Shown: positions 41,501-52,240 of the stretch, one piece after another
Layout: each line of letters opens with the position of its first letter
Position numbering within the stretch: position 1 is the first letter of the stretch
From: Octopus bimaculoides
Lineage: Eukaryota
Assembly (NCBI RefSeq): GCF_001194135.2
Contig: NC_068983.1
Coordinates: 136,674,939-136,738,938, forward strand
Direction of reading: 5' to 3'
Length of the DNA: 64,000 bases
Position numbers and translations under genes: made by a program
The notes under the pieces: model-generated
Database searches by the model: none
Told to the model about the DNA's origin: nothing
The model's input: the letters and a program-made list of their open reading frames with translations, nothing else

Positions 41501-42650
41501 TGAGGATAAGTCAAAATTTATACACACTCTTGTTTCTGTAATTTGTTAAAACAAAAACAAGGGTTGAACAATTACATCATTTTTCAACATAGTCTCCTTG
41601 CTTTTTGATGCACTTCTTCCAGCAGTCTATAGGCTTGCTTATTCCATCAGAGAAGCTTTTTGGCTGGTCACACAGCCATTTATGCAGTGCTTCCTGTTCT
41701 TTTTTATCCATAGCAAATCAACAACCTCATAATGAATGTTTTGAGCAGTCTAAAGAAGTAATAGTCAGAATGGGCAAGATCTTGAGTGTATGCAGATGTT
41801 CCAGCAACTCAAAACACAATTTTTCAATGGTGTGGGTGGCCTTATGTGATTATGGCTTGTCGTGCAACAATAAAACTTGATTTGATAATAGATCTCAACA
41901 TTTGATGCAAATTGCTGGTCTCAGTTTGTTGGCCAGCATTTCACTGTAGCCTACATTGGTAATGTTCCAGTTTAAGTCCTTTTGCATCCCCAAAAATGGT
42001 TGCATCACTTTTTCTGTGACAAGTTGAGTCTTGAATTTCTTTTCCACTGATGATTTCTGGTGTGTCCACTCCATCCTCTGCCCTTTGGGTTCTGGCTCAA
42101 AGTGATGAACCCAGGTCTCATCTCGTGTGACTATTCTCTCCAAAAAAGCTTCACCTTCATCATTGTAGTGATTAAGTAAGCATTGACAGATCTTTACACA
42201 ATTGCACTTCTGAGCTTCAGTAAGCTCTTTGGCACCCATCTCACACTGACTTTTCAGAAGCAAAGCTTGTTGTTGATAATTTATGATGCAGAACCATTCT
42301 AATTTGCAAAGGACATGCTTTCTCATCGACTATCACTTGTTGGTTTGCCAGAACCATTTCTCAAGCTTGTTGAATCTTCACATCAGTAATGGAAGTTGAT
42401 GGGCATTTTGTTCTTTCATGCTTCATGCATGTCTGGCCACTTTTTAAACTTTTTGATCCACTTATACACACTTCTTCACAGTAGAGAACTCTCCTCATAT
42501 TGTAGTGAAAACCTGCAATGAATTTCAGCCCCTGACATACCTTCAGACCAGGAAAATCAGATCACTGGTGTATGTTCTTCCTTGGTGTACCCTGCCAGTG
42601 GAGTGGCCATGTTTACTTTGTAACACAAGAAAGAAAACTGGAGCAGTCAA
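41501..42650 (-). mobile_element. Degenerate mariner (DD34D-type) transposon, one end not identified
   Basis: Minus ORF ...FLERIVTRDETWVHHFEPEPKGQRMEW...KKFKTQ (mariner IVTGDETWVHHYEPE motif); TA|TGAGGATAAGTCAAAA TIR-like end at 41501. Confidence 0.85.
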
Positions 42651-42659
42651 AGTTAAACC

Positions 42660-42900
42660 TTGGTTATGTAATCTCAAGAGTACCACCTGGTATGGTCATG
42701 TGATGTGTATGGATGAAGACAGCTGCATAAAAAATTGCCAATTACTAAATATGAAGAAAACTTGTGGAAGATGGAGGCTCAGAAGGTGTAGTACAAAGTA
42801 CTGAAGACCAATCTCGAGTTGTTGAGCTTCATAGAGATGACAAAAAACCAAGATGAGTGGCATTCACCATGCTTGATAAGACCCATCCATCTCAGCCAAA
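42660..42900 (+). mobile_element. RTE LINE 3' fragment
   Basis: WYGHVMCMDEDSCIKNCQLLNMKKTCGRWRLRR resembles the LRWYGHV...GRGRPRKTW motif. Confidence 0.7.
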
Positions 42901-43954
42901 ATTATATTCTAAAAGAATATCATTAATATCTATGCATACTTCTCACACCCACTCTGTACCTGTCAAGCCCTCCTCATGACTCATTTTTGTAACACCCATC
43001 CCTCCTTCATCCTTCTAACTATGGCAGAGCAGAATTTCACATATTCCATTACCCCTTTTGTGCTACCAGTTTTCTCCTCTCCTTGAACCAATTCATGTGT
43101 GTGTGTGTGTTGTGTATGAGACTGAAGACAGGTCTAGACAGTTGGTAAAGGCATCCAGCGTGAAACAGTACATTTTAATAATGAAAGCTTTGTTCAAGAA
43201 ATATATGCACAATCACTACCTCAGTCAGGAACTATGAGAAATGGATTGTCACAACAGTAGCCAAGTGAGAAAACTGCAAATTACATTAGGAAATTATTAG
43301 AAAAATGCAAGTCCTATTGCAATGCAGCATAAGGTGAAGACTGTGTTGAATGGAAAAGAGACTAATTCCCAAGAATTCACTAACGCCTGAACTTTATATG
43401 AATGCTAAATCCGAAACTTTTATGTGTTGCTTGCACACAAGAAATACCATTTTCTAGTACTGGTCTAAACTCACTTGAGATGGTCACCATTAGAAATCTC
43501 TCTATTATCATCATTAACCTCTCTCTCTTTTCATTATCTTCCATTCCTTTATTTCCTCCTTTCTTTCTTTTCCTTCTTTCATTCAGCAATTTTTATAGTT
43601 TTCGTTTTACTTTCTTGTTTCCTTGTATTCTTTCTTCCCTTCTTTCTTTAATTACATAATTAGGCTATTTGATTAAATTTTATACCAGGAGGCATAACTC
43701 TTCGGTCTTAAATATTGAATTATTGCCCTTGCACTAGATTCTTTTTTTTTATAGTTTTATATGTACTTTATTGAAATGCATAAAGATAACAAAAAGTACA
43801 CCTCACTTCCTCAATTCATTTTGCAAGTGCCATTCTATATTCAAATTGGTACGTCCATTTGATATTGCTGAAAATCTATTAGTTATGCAATCTTCTTACA
43901 ATTGCTAAACATATACAACTATGTATTCATATATGTGCGTGTGTGTGTGTGTGT

Positions 43955-44620
43955 ATCGAAGGTGAGATTACTCACTGCATACACCTCCACCCAACAAAGA
44001 AGCTCATCGCCTTTGTCAAATTTGATGAGAAAGTGTTTGTTGCCATGTCTAGCACCTCAGGCCTACTTGCATTAGCAAACGTCTGGGAGCTAAAAGTGTA
44101 CATTGGGAAACTGCTGAAGTTGCCAGAAACCACTGCTTCAACATCACTAAAGTTGGATGTGATGTTGGTCTCTGAAGCATCCGAGCAGGTGGTTCTCTTG
44201 AAACTCTCCATTCCCTGAGGACCACATTGAAGAAGCTAACAAGTGCAAGAGGAGGAAATATACTGAGCTAGTGGAATTATGCCAGAGCAATGGCAGGTAA
44301 ATGTGTGATCCCATTGAAGTGGGATGCAAAAGTTTGTAGGCTAGTCCTTACAAAGATAGTTTGTAATGTTTGGCATTACAGAGACCAGAAGGCTATCAGG
44401 TTGTCTGTAGAGGCAGCAGAAGCTGCTTCAAGGTGGCTTTCGATTTGTTGTGAGCCCTGGAAGGGACAGTGTTAACTGGAGACAAGCTGGAACTTGATCA
44501 ACCTTGGCTGAGACATCTAGGTGAAGATGTCTCATGTTGAAAGACCCAAAACACCTAATGACCCCAGGAAACATTACTGATGATGTGTCCAGGTGTATCA
44601 CAGGATGATATATGGAAAGA
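43955..44620 (+). mobile_element. HERO-like (RLE-clade) non-LTR retrotransposon 3' end: restriction-like endonuclease and 3' UTR
   Basis: IAFVK...GLLALANVWELKVYIGKLLKLPE...LKLDVMLVSEASEQVVLLKLSIP*EDHIEEA...RKYTELVE...PIEVGC...EAAEAASRWL fits the PD..E(L)TVPW/EVGCRG RLE pattern; the 3' UTR resembles HERO as I recall it. Confidence 0.75.
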
Positions 44621-44783
44621 GTATATTTATATATATATGTGTGTGTGTGTGTGTTTGTGTTTATGTATTTATTTTGCAAGTGCAAGATTCTTGATGTGAA
44701 ATTGTGTATTGAAACAGATATTATATTTAGTGATGGTGATTTTGCAAATAAGCACATCACTATTTAGTTGATTTTTACTTTAG

Positions 44784-44815
<32 letters not shown>

Positions 44816-45244
44816 GTTTATTTGTCCAGAGTTCTTTTATCACTCATTTTGTAACAACTTCAATGACTATCTTTTTTTTGTTTCCTCTTCTCTCTGATCT
44901 TGTCCTATCTAATCTATCTTGTCTTTCTCCTGTTTATTCCATCTTGTATCTCTATCTGCTCATGTGTTTGCATCTATTATTTTGTAGGTGTAGGTTTATC
45001 TTGAGTGTATGTAAATGGATTTATATATTACACTGTTTGTATCCACATCTCTTTTTTCATTCCTGTTCTGTCTTCAGTTATGTGGAGTGGGTGAGTGTTA
45101 TCACTCCATTCACATCTACTGTTGAGGCTTGGACTATTTCCCATTATGTGTGTGGCCTCCATACTTTTTCTGAGTATTATGTTTGTTCCATGTCAAGATC
45201 TTAACATCTATGTTATCTATGGAGCCCCCATATTCTAGTTTAGC

Positions 45245-45467
45245 ATGTATTCATATATGTGTGTGTGTGTGTGTATCGAAGGTGAGATTACTCACTGCAT
45301 ACACCTCCACCCAACAAAGAAGCTCATCGCCTTTGTCAAATTTGATGAGAACGTGTTTGTTGCCATGTCTAGCACCTCAGGCCTACTTGCATTAGCAAAA
45401 GTCTGGGAGCTAAAAGTGTACATTGGGAAACTGCTGAAGTTGCCAGAAACCACTGCTTCAACATCAC
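45245..45467 (+). repeat. Direct duplicate of 43921-44147 (microsatellite flank plus part of the HERO-like fragment)
   Basis: About 225 bp, near identical; differs by a few substitutions and (TG)n length. Confidence 0.93.
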
Positions 45468-45849
45468 AGCACTGCCCCTCTGTATGCCTTGTACTATAGA
45501 CTGCATTCCTAGTTTTGCAGTTTGTTTGTGGGATTAACTCCACACACTACACAGTTCCTATCCATACAGGGGATTCTTTCAAATGGGTATGTTCTACAGA
45601 TCAGGGATTTTATGGGAGCTTCTAGCCCTTCAACTACTTTAATCTGTAGATTCAGTTTGCCTAGGGTTTTTTTTTTTTAAATGATACACTAGTTTGCCTC
45701 CAAGAGCAGCATCAACAAACATGATGCTTGGTATTTTTGGCTGTGATGCCATAAGTTGGCCTTACCTATCATCCTCTTAGTTCTTTCTATGATTTACTCC
45801 TGTATAGTGGGCAGATCCCCTTTGTGTCATTCTCTTTGATAGTCTTGAA

Positions 45850-46300
45850 CTTTGTTCCTTGTAGACCCTGATATTATTTTTTCTGTACCCAGAGAACTGC
45901 ATGAAGTGGATGAAGTGTTGTATGTGTCTCTCTAATTCCATTGGGTCACAACACCATGAAACTCCATGTCACTCTCACTGATCATTTCCATGCATTTCCC
46001 CACAGCAAAATTAACATCAATGAAATACTGCCTATTACGCAACATGTCAGGTCTCAGGAACATCTTGATTATGAGGTGTATGATCATAAAGAAGAAGTAG
46101 GAGATTCTGTAGTTGCTAGTAATGTTAGCTCTGCTGACTGGTCCGGTTGGGGGTCCTGCCACTGGATCAGTGGTTATTTTATGATCCTTACGGAGTCCAT
46201 ACAGCACTGGAATGTCATTATTCACAGCTTGGAAATTGTTAGCCATGCATTTCTTTTGGTCCTAGGATGTTTGACTATATCATCATGTGCTTGTTTCTTT
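45850..46300 (-). mobile_element. Penelope-like element RT fragment
   Basis: Minus ORF IPVLYGLRKDHK...GPPTGPVSRAN...YRISYF (PLE YGLPKIHK...P.RP motif). Confidence 0.7.
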
Positions 46301-47089
46301 TGTGTTAGTGATGTGGAGTAGAACAGACATGATACTCAGACTGATTACAGAGATCATACACGTAGTAAAATTTGACTGATTACAGAGGTCATTCGCATAA
46401 TAGAAAATAGACCGAGCCTCAACAGAAAACATGAATGGAATAATAACACCCACTTATAAGACACAGGTTCAAACAGTGTAATATATAAACCCACAAACAC
46501 ACACATATACAAACACATACACAGATATGATGGGTTTCTTTCTGTTTCCATCTACAAAATCCACACGCAAGGTTTTGTTCAGCTTAGGGCTATAGTAGAA
46601 AACACTTGTCCAAGGTGCCATACAATGGGAATAAACCTGAAACCACATGGTTGTAAAACAAATTTTTTGCCACAATATCCGACACCCACTCTTATATAGA
46701 TGACATAACCCTTCATTCTTCTCTAATCGTGCATCATCTACATGCAACAAGACACAACTTACTAAATCTACTTTGTCTCTCTGTCTATGTCTCTTTTCTG
46801 TCACTACAGTAATGGCCTTTACTCCTCAGAACTTGCTGGTCTTGTATTTCTACCACTCAGGCACACATTGTATGTCCACTTATCAGTACCTTTGGTGGGA
46901 CCAACCACTCTTTTCCTTGCTTCTTGTTGCATGAATCACTGTGCTTTCCTGCAACAGTTTAAATGAAATAATAATGGCATCAGTCTTGAAGGCCCTACAT
47001 GGTCAAAGGTTCTGTCCCTTCCTCCAGACTTTGCAAGGGGAAAGGTTAAAGTTTGTGAGATTGTATGCCTAATCCAGAGAGAGTGGTGT

Positions 47090-47560
47090 TCTCCAGTTTG
47101 ATAATAGAAATTTGTCAAGTTCTTTCATTTAGTGAAAATCTTGGATCTAGAATTCAGTATGTCAGTGGAATTCTTAGATTTATAAAGGATATAAATTCTT
47201 TCTACTCTACAAAGCCTGCACTTCCGTGACCCATTAACATTATGGTATGAATCACTCTAAGATTCACCATTGATGGCTTTTACAGGATGCTTGCTGAATT
47301 AGTTGTTTTCTTCTTGTTTATGTGCTGGTGGTTGGCATATCTTTTTATTTTTGTTTTGTTAAAGTTACTTTCACATATGCCAGTATGCTTTTCCTTTTGA
47401 GTTTTTATTATTTTGTAAAACTGAAGTGACCTCAGCTTCATATACCACTGAGCTAACCATGCATGCTTGGTTGAGTGGGCAAGTGTCTGGGTCTCTAAAG
47501 TTACATTTTGGAAAAAACACCTGGTGTGCCTTATGTATGATAATGTTTTTCATGCTTGAG
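47090..47560 (-). mobile_element. Penelope-like element GIY-YIG fragment
   Basis: CNFRDPDTCPLNQACMVSSVVYEAEVTS...KAY and GSRKCRLCRVERIYIL...LNSRSKI. Confidence 0.75.
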
Positions 47561-47786
47561 AAGACTTATCCATGTATCGAGAATTGAGGCTCTGTCAAGC
47601 CTTCCTCAACAACTCATCTTTTAACACCTACTCTTCCATCAGTCTTCTATATCCCTCACTTACCCCTCTGTGTCCAACTCCTTCCCTATCTCTAATCATC
47701 TGTCACACTTTTCACTCAGTGCACCTACACATCCATCTTTTCTGCTTTTTTATCTTGTCTCATATTCACCTTGTACATGGACCTCA

Positions 47787-47825
<39 letters not shown>

Positions 47826-48121
47826 GAGCAACTCATGTATTCACTTCAGCAACACATCTGTTCTCCTTGACCCTCTGTCATAATTTCTTATCCCTCCATT
47901 CAATAACCAACTCAGTTGAGGGGTCTAATCTTGCAGGTACTTGGCAACCTCACCAATGCTGATGCCACATAAAAGACACCCAATACACTCTTTTAAATAG
48001 TTGTCATTAAGAAGGGCATTCAGCTGTAGAAACCATGGCAAAGCAAACTTAGTAACTGATGCAACCCTTTGGTTTGTCTGTTCTTGTTGAACCATCCAAC
48101 TCATGCTACACGGGAAAAGGG

Positions 48122-49650
48122 TCAGCAAATGATGGCCCATGTTTCACTGCTGTGTAGCATGGCAGTTTGCACACATGCATCATACAGTCTACCTTTCATC
48201 CTGAGTGAGAGGCCCTTAGTTGCCAGCAGAGGTAGGAGCTCCCTGAACTTTGCCCAGGCTATTCTTATTCTGGCCACTATACTCTCAGAGCAACCACCCC
48301 TTCTACAGACTTGATCGCCTAAGTAGCAGAAGCTATCAACTACTTCTAGTTTTTCCCCCTGGCATGTGATGGAATCTATTTTCTGTACATCTTCAGTGTT
48401 TATCGCCCCTGTGCATCTGCCACATACAAAAACTATCTTCCTGGTTAACCTTCCTTTGATATTGCTGCACCTTTTGTGTCCATAGCTTACATCGGCTACA
48501 TCGTATGGAGCCATCTACCTGGAGGAGTTTGTGACTTGTTAGCCTTCGTACTTACTAAGACTTTGGTTTTTACTTGGTTGACCCTAAGGTCCTTCAATTC
48601 TAGACCTTGCTTCCACATCCTAAACTTCGTCTCTTGTTCTGGCAATGACTCAGCTATTAGAGCAAGGTCATCAACATGGAGGAGCTCCCAGGGGAAGCCT
48701 GTTTTGAATTCCTCTGTTATTGCCTGGAGGACTATGATGAATAAGAGGTGGCTGACGACTGATCCTTGGTGAAGCCCTACTTTTACCTGGAATTCTTCAC
48801 TATACTCATTGCCAACCCTCACCTTACTGACAGCATCCCTGTACAAGGCTTGTACAGCTCTTACCAACCACTCATCTGGGGACCCTGTCAAAGGCTTTCT
48901 CCAAGTCAACAAAAGCCAAGTACAGAGGCTTATCTTTGGCTAGATATTTCTCCTGCAGTTGCCTTATCAGAAATATAGCATCAGTGGTGCTTCTGCCTGG
49001 CACAAAACTAAACTGTGTCTCATCTAGACTAACTTTCACCATAATTAGTTGGGCTGTGGCCCTCTCTGTACCTTTCATCATCTGATCCAATAATTTGATA
49101 CCCCTGTAGTTATTTCTATCTAAAGCATCACCTTTACCTTTGTAGGAGTTGACTATGGTGCTGCTACACTAGTTATTGGGTATGACTCCTTCATGAACTA
49201 CCTGGTTTACAATACAGGTGACTAGACCATAACCCACACAACCCAATGTTTTAAACATCTCAGTGGTGATTCCTGATGGGCCAGGTGCTTTCCCTGTCTT
49301 CATATCCTTAATTGCTTTATCTGCCAGTGTACTGTTGATTCAAGTAACTGATCCCTCAATTGGATCAACCCTTGGCAGACTCTCCTCTTCCCATTCATTC
49401 TCCACATTCAGCAGTCTTTTATAATGGCATCTCCAAGCCACTTTCTTTGCAGAATCATTAAACGCAAGGGCACCATCATCCATGCAGACACATTTCTCTC
49501 CTATGACATCATGGTTTTCTACCTTATAATATTAAACATTAACAAATTATATCCATTACCTCAAGACTAATAACATTTCCTTCGAAATTACCTGGTTTGT
49601 TATTAGGACTGGAAGACCTTACCAAGGTAGCCACATTCATGCAATCTGTG
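48122..49650 (-). mobile_element. RTE-clade LINE reverse transcriptase, frameshifted
   Basis: QFSFVPGRSTTDAIFLIRQLQEKYLAKDKPLYLAFVDLEKAFDRVPR; GLHQGSVVSHLLF; WELLHVDDL; FCYLGD; GRLYDACVQTAMLHSSETW. Confidence 0.95.
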
Positions 49651-52192
49651 CAGTAGGGAATCTCTAGAAATATTACAGTAGAACCAAAAGTTTCTCCTAA
49701 ACAGACAGTGTGATGCAATTACATTCTGTAGACATTCTTTTTTTAAATGTTTATTTTTTACCATACATCAAAATTCTCCAATCCTCTTAGATAACTATTA
49801 CCTATATTTTAACTTTACAATCTCATCTTAGCTTATATATCTTTCTTCACCTGTTTTACTTATAAATTAGGCCTAATTAGAGTTATAACATACCTTTGTA
49901 CTTATGATACCTTAAATGTTTAAAATTGTCGTTAAATAACATTCATGTTTTTGCCTCTCCCTATACTTTTCCTATTATACCTTTTCTTTTTAGTTTTCAT
50001 CTTTTCTTTGTTCTTCCAATTCTTTTTTTTTCTCTTAATCTTCTTTGTTTAACTTTTCGCATACATTTGCCATGTATGGTCTACACATGTGGGTGCTTAT
50101 ACTATATTTAGGTGCCTAAGGGTCATCTACCCCTCACTTGAGAGGTAGAATGGGATGCCTAAATTGTCTCTTTTCTTTTAATAAACTTTGCAAAATATTT
50201 TGCCTTTAAGATACTTTCTTTAAGATACTTTATGTCATGTCTTGAATGGTCTGATACTTTCTAAATGATTATACTCCTTTCATCTTTTCTTTTCTTCCCC
50301 TTTTTTCTTAACCTTTCTACTCTCTCTCTCCTTTTCATGCATCTCAACCTTTTACTATCACCATTTTCACTTTATCATTGCTAACCACCTCCCCTTTCTT
50401 CTACTTTTGTTTATTGATGTTTCTATACAGACTTAATAATGGATGAAGTTATAGCTATGTGGTTAAGAAATTCACTTCACAACTACATGGTTCAATCCCA
50501 CTTTGCTACTCCTTGGGAAACTTCTACCATAATCTCAGGTTAATCAAGACCTTGTTAGTGAAATAGATGAAAATTGTTTGCCTGTCCAATGGACTATCCC
50601 TGTTCTTTAGTGATAGGTTTAGCCTTCCACCTTTTTTTACATTGCCACCTTTTTTTACATTGTATACATTCAGAACAGATCTCTGATCTGAGTACATTTT
50701 CTTCCCATCATTTACAGAAGCTTTGAAAATAGTTTGGGGCACTATCCTTCCTCCTCTGACTAAACCGTTAAAATAAAAAAGAAAAAAACTACAGTTAAAC
50801 ATTGGGAAGTACTTCTTTATTCTGCACTTGATAAGCTAGAGAACTAAGCATCTCTCTCTCTGTTTTCAATTAGCAACACTGAAATAAATATTGTCAATTA
50901 AGAGTGTTTCTTACAGCAATAGTATCATATTGACTAAAAGTACATTTTCACTACCAGCAGCAATAAAGCCAAGAGTACCAACAGTAATATCTCCAACTGC
51001 AAAAACCCATCAATGGCACTAATGATATGATTCTGAATGTTCATCTTTATGGATAAAAACATTAAAAAAATATTTATGTCTATATATATTAGATATTTTT
51101 CATTAATAAAGATGAAGCTAATAGTCCTAAAAATATTACAATCTTAGTAACAAATCATCTGAAATAATTTAGACATCTAAAAACTGATAATAAAAACATC
51201 ATCTCATAACAGTTGTACTGAAACAAAAATAGACAATAAGGTCATGTTGACTATCAGCAGTATCGTCACCTATAATCTCAACAATAATTCAATAATACAC
51301 TTTTACTTTTCCTGAGCAAATGACACTAGAATTTTGATTTTCCCCTTTTCAAGACATCTCTACTTAAGTCTATATATTGAGAGCAACCATCTTGAGTGCC
51401 AAGACCATAAGATCCACGGTTTAACAACGCTGAAAGCAAATGATTTCTAGAAATCAGAGGTCTAAGTGTTCCACTGAAACCAATATGTTTATGAAGACCA
51501 AAGTATGTTTACTTCTGAAGGTCTGCATACTTTCATTGGCAACTCTCAATCTATACCTCCTGGGGATATTACCACGTGAGTGTATTAACTACTTTCATTC
51601 TATCATTTAGTTAAACCTTCCTCTGTAATTTTATTGGTCATTCATCAATATCTTTTACATAATAATCCTTATTACCACCATCATCATCATCATCACTTTC
51701 ATTTCATCACTAATGTTAGCTTTAGGCAACTACTTCTCATAGAAAATTGAGAATAAAGCAAACAGTTATTTCAGTGATGTTCTTAGTAATCTGAAGACTT
51801 GCTCCCTACATTATATCACTTTAATGCCAATGGTTAAAATTTCATCAAGATGTTGCAGTGGTGAAATCATAGCAAAAATAAATGAGTAGATTTTTTTTTT
51901 TGCCTAGCAGTTGTTTCACCTAGATCTTTAAAATACACCATACATCATTCTGCAGAATTCACATCATTTTGCATCATGCTTAAACAGCAAAAACCTTTTT
52001 TGTTGTTTGCTGCATGTTATTTTTTTCTTTTGCTTTTTTTCTTTTCTTTTATCTTTTACTGTGTATATGTATATGTTTGTGGCTTTTCTTTTCTCTTTGT
52101 GTGTTTGTGTGCATATATTTCTACTAGTGGTAGAATAATTTGTGGTTTGTCTTGGCTACTTTAACCCTTCCTACTAATGTTGCTTCATTTAG

Positions 52193-52240
52193 AGAATTGA
52201 CAATGACGACCCGTCACAGCCAACGCTATCTTCGGGAGCT
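52193..52240 (+). CDS. Cav1: Candidate 48-nt Cav1 cassette exon in the IVS3-S4 linker (RIDNDDPSQPTLSSGA)
   Basis: cTACTAATgtTGCttcatttAG|AGA ATT GAC...GGA GCT|GTGAGT; phase 0, 16 codons, no stop, GC-rich relative to the flanks, polar loop-like peptide. Confidence 0.75.
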
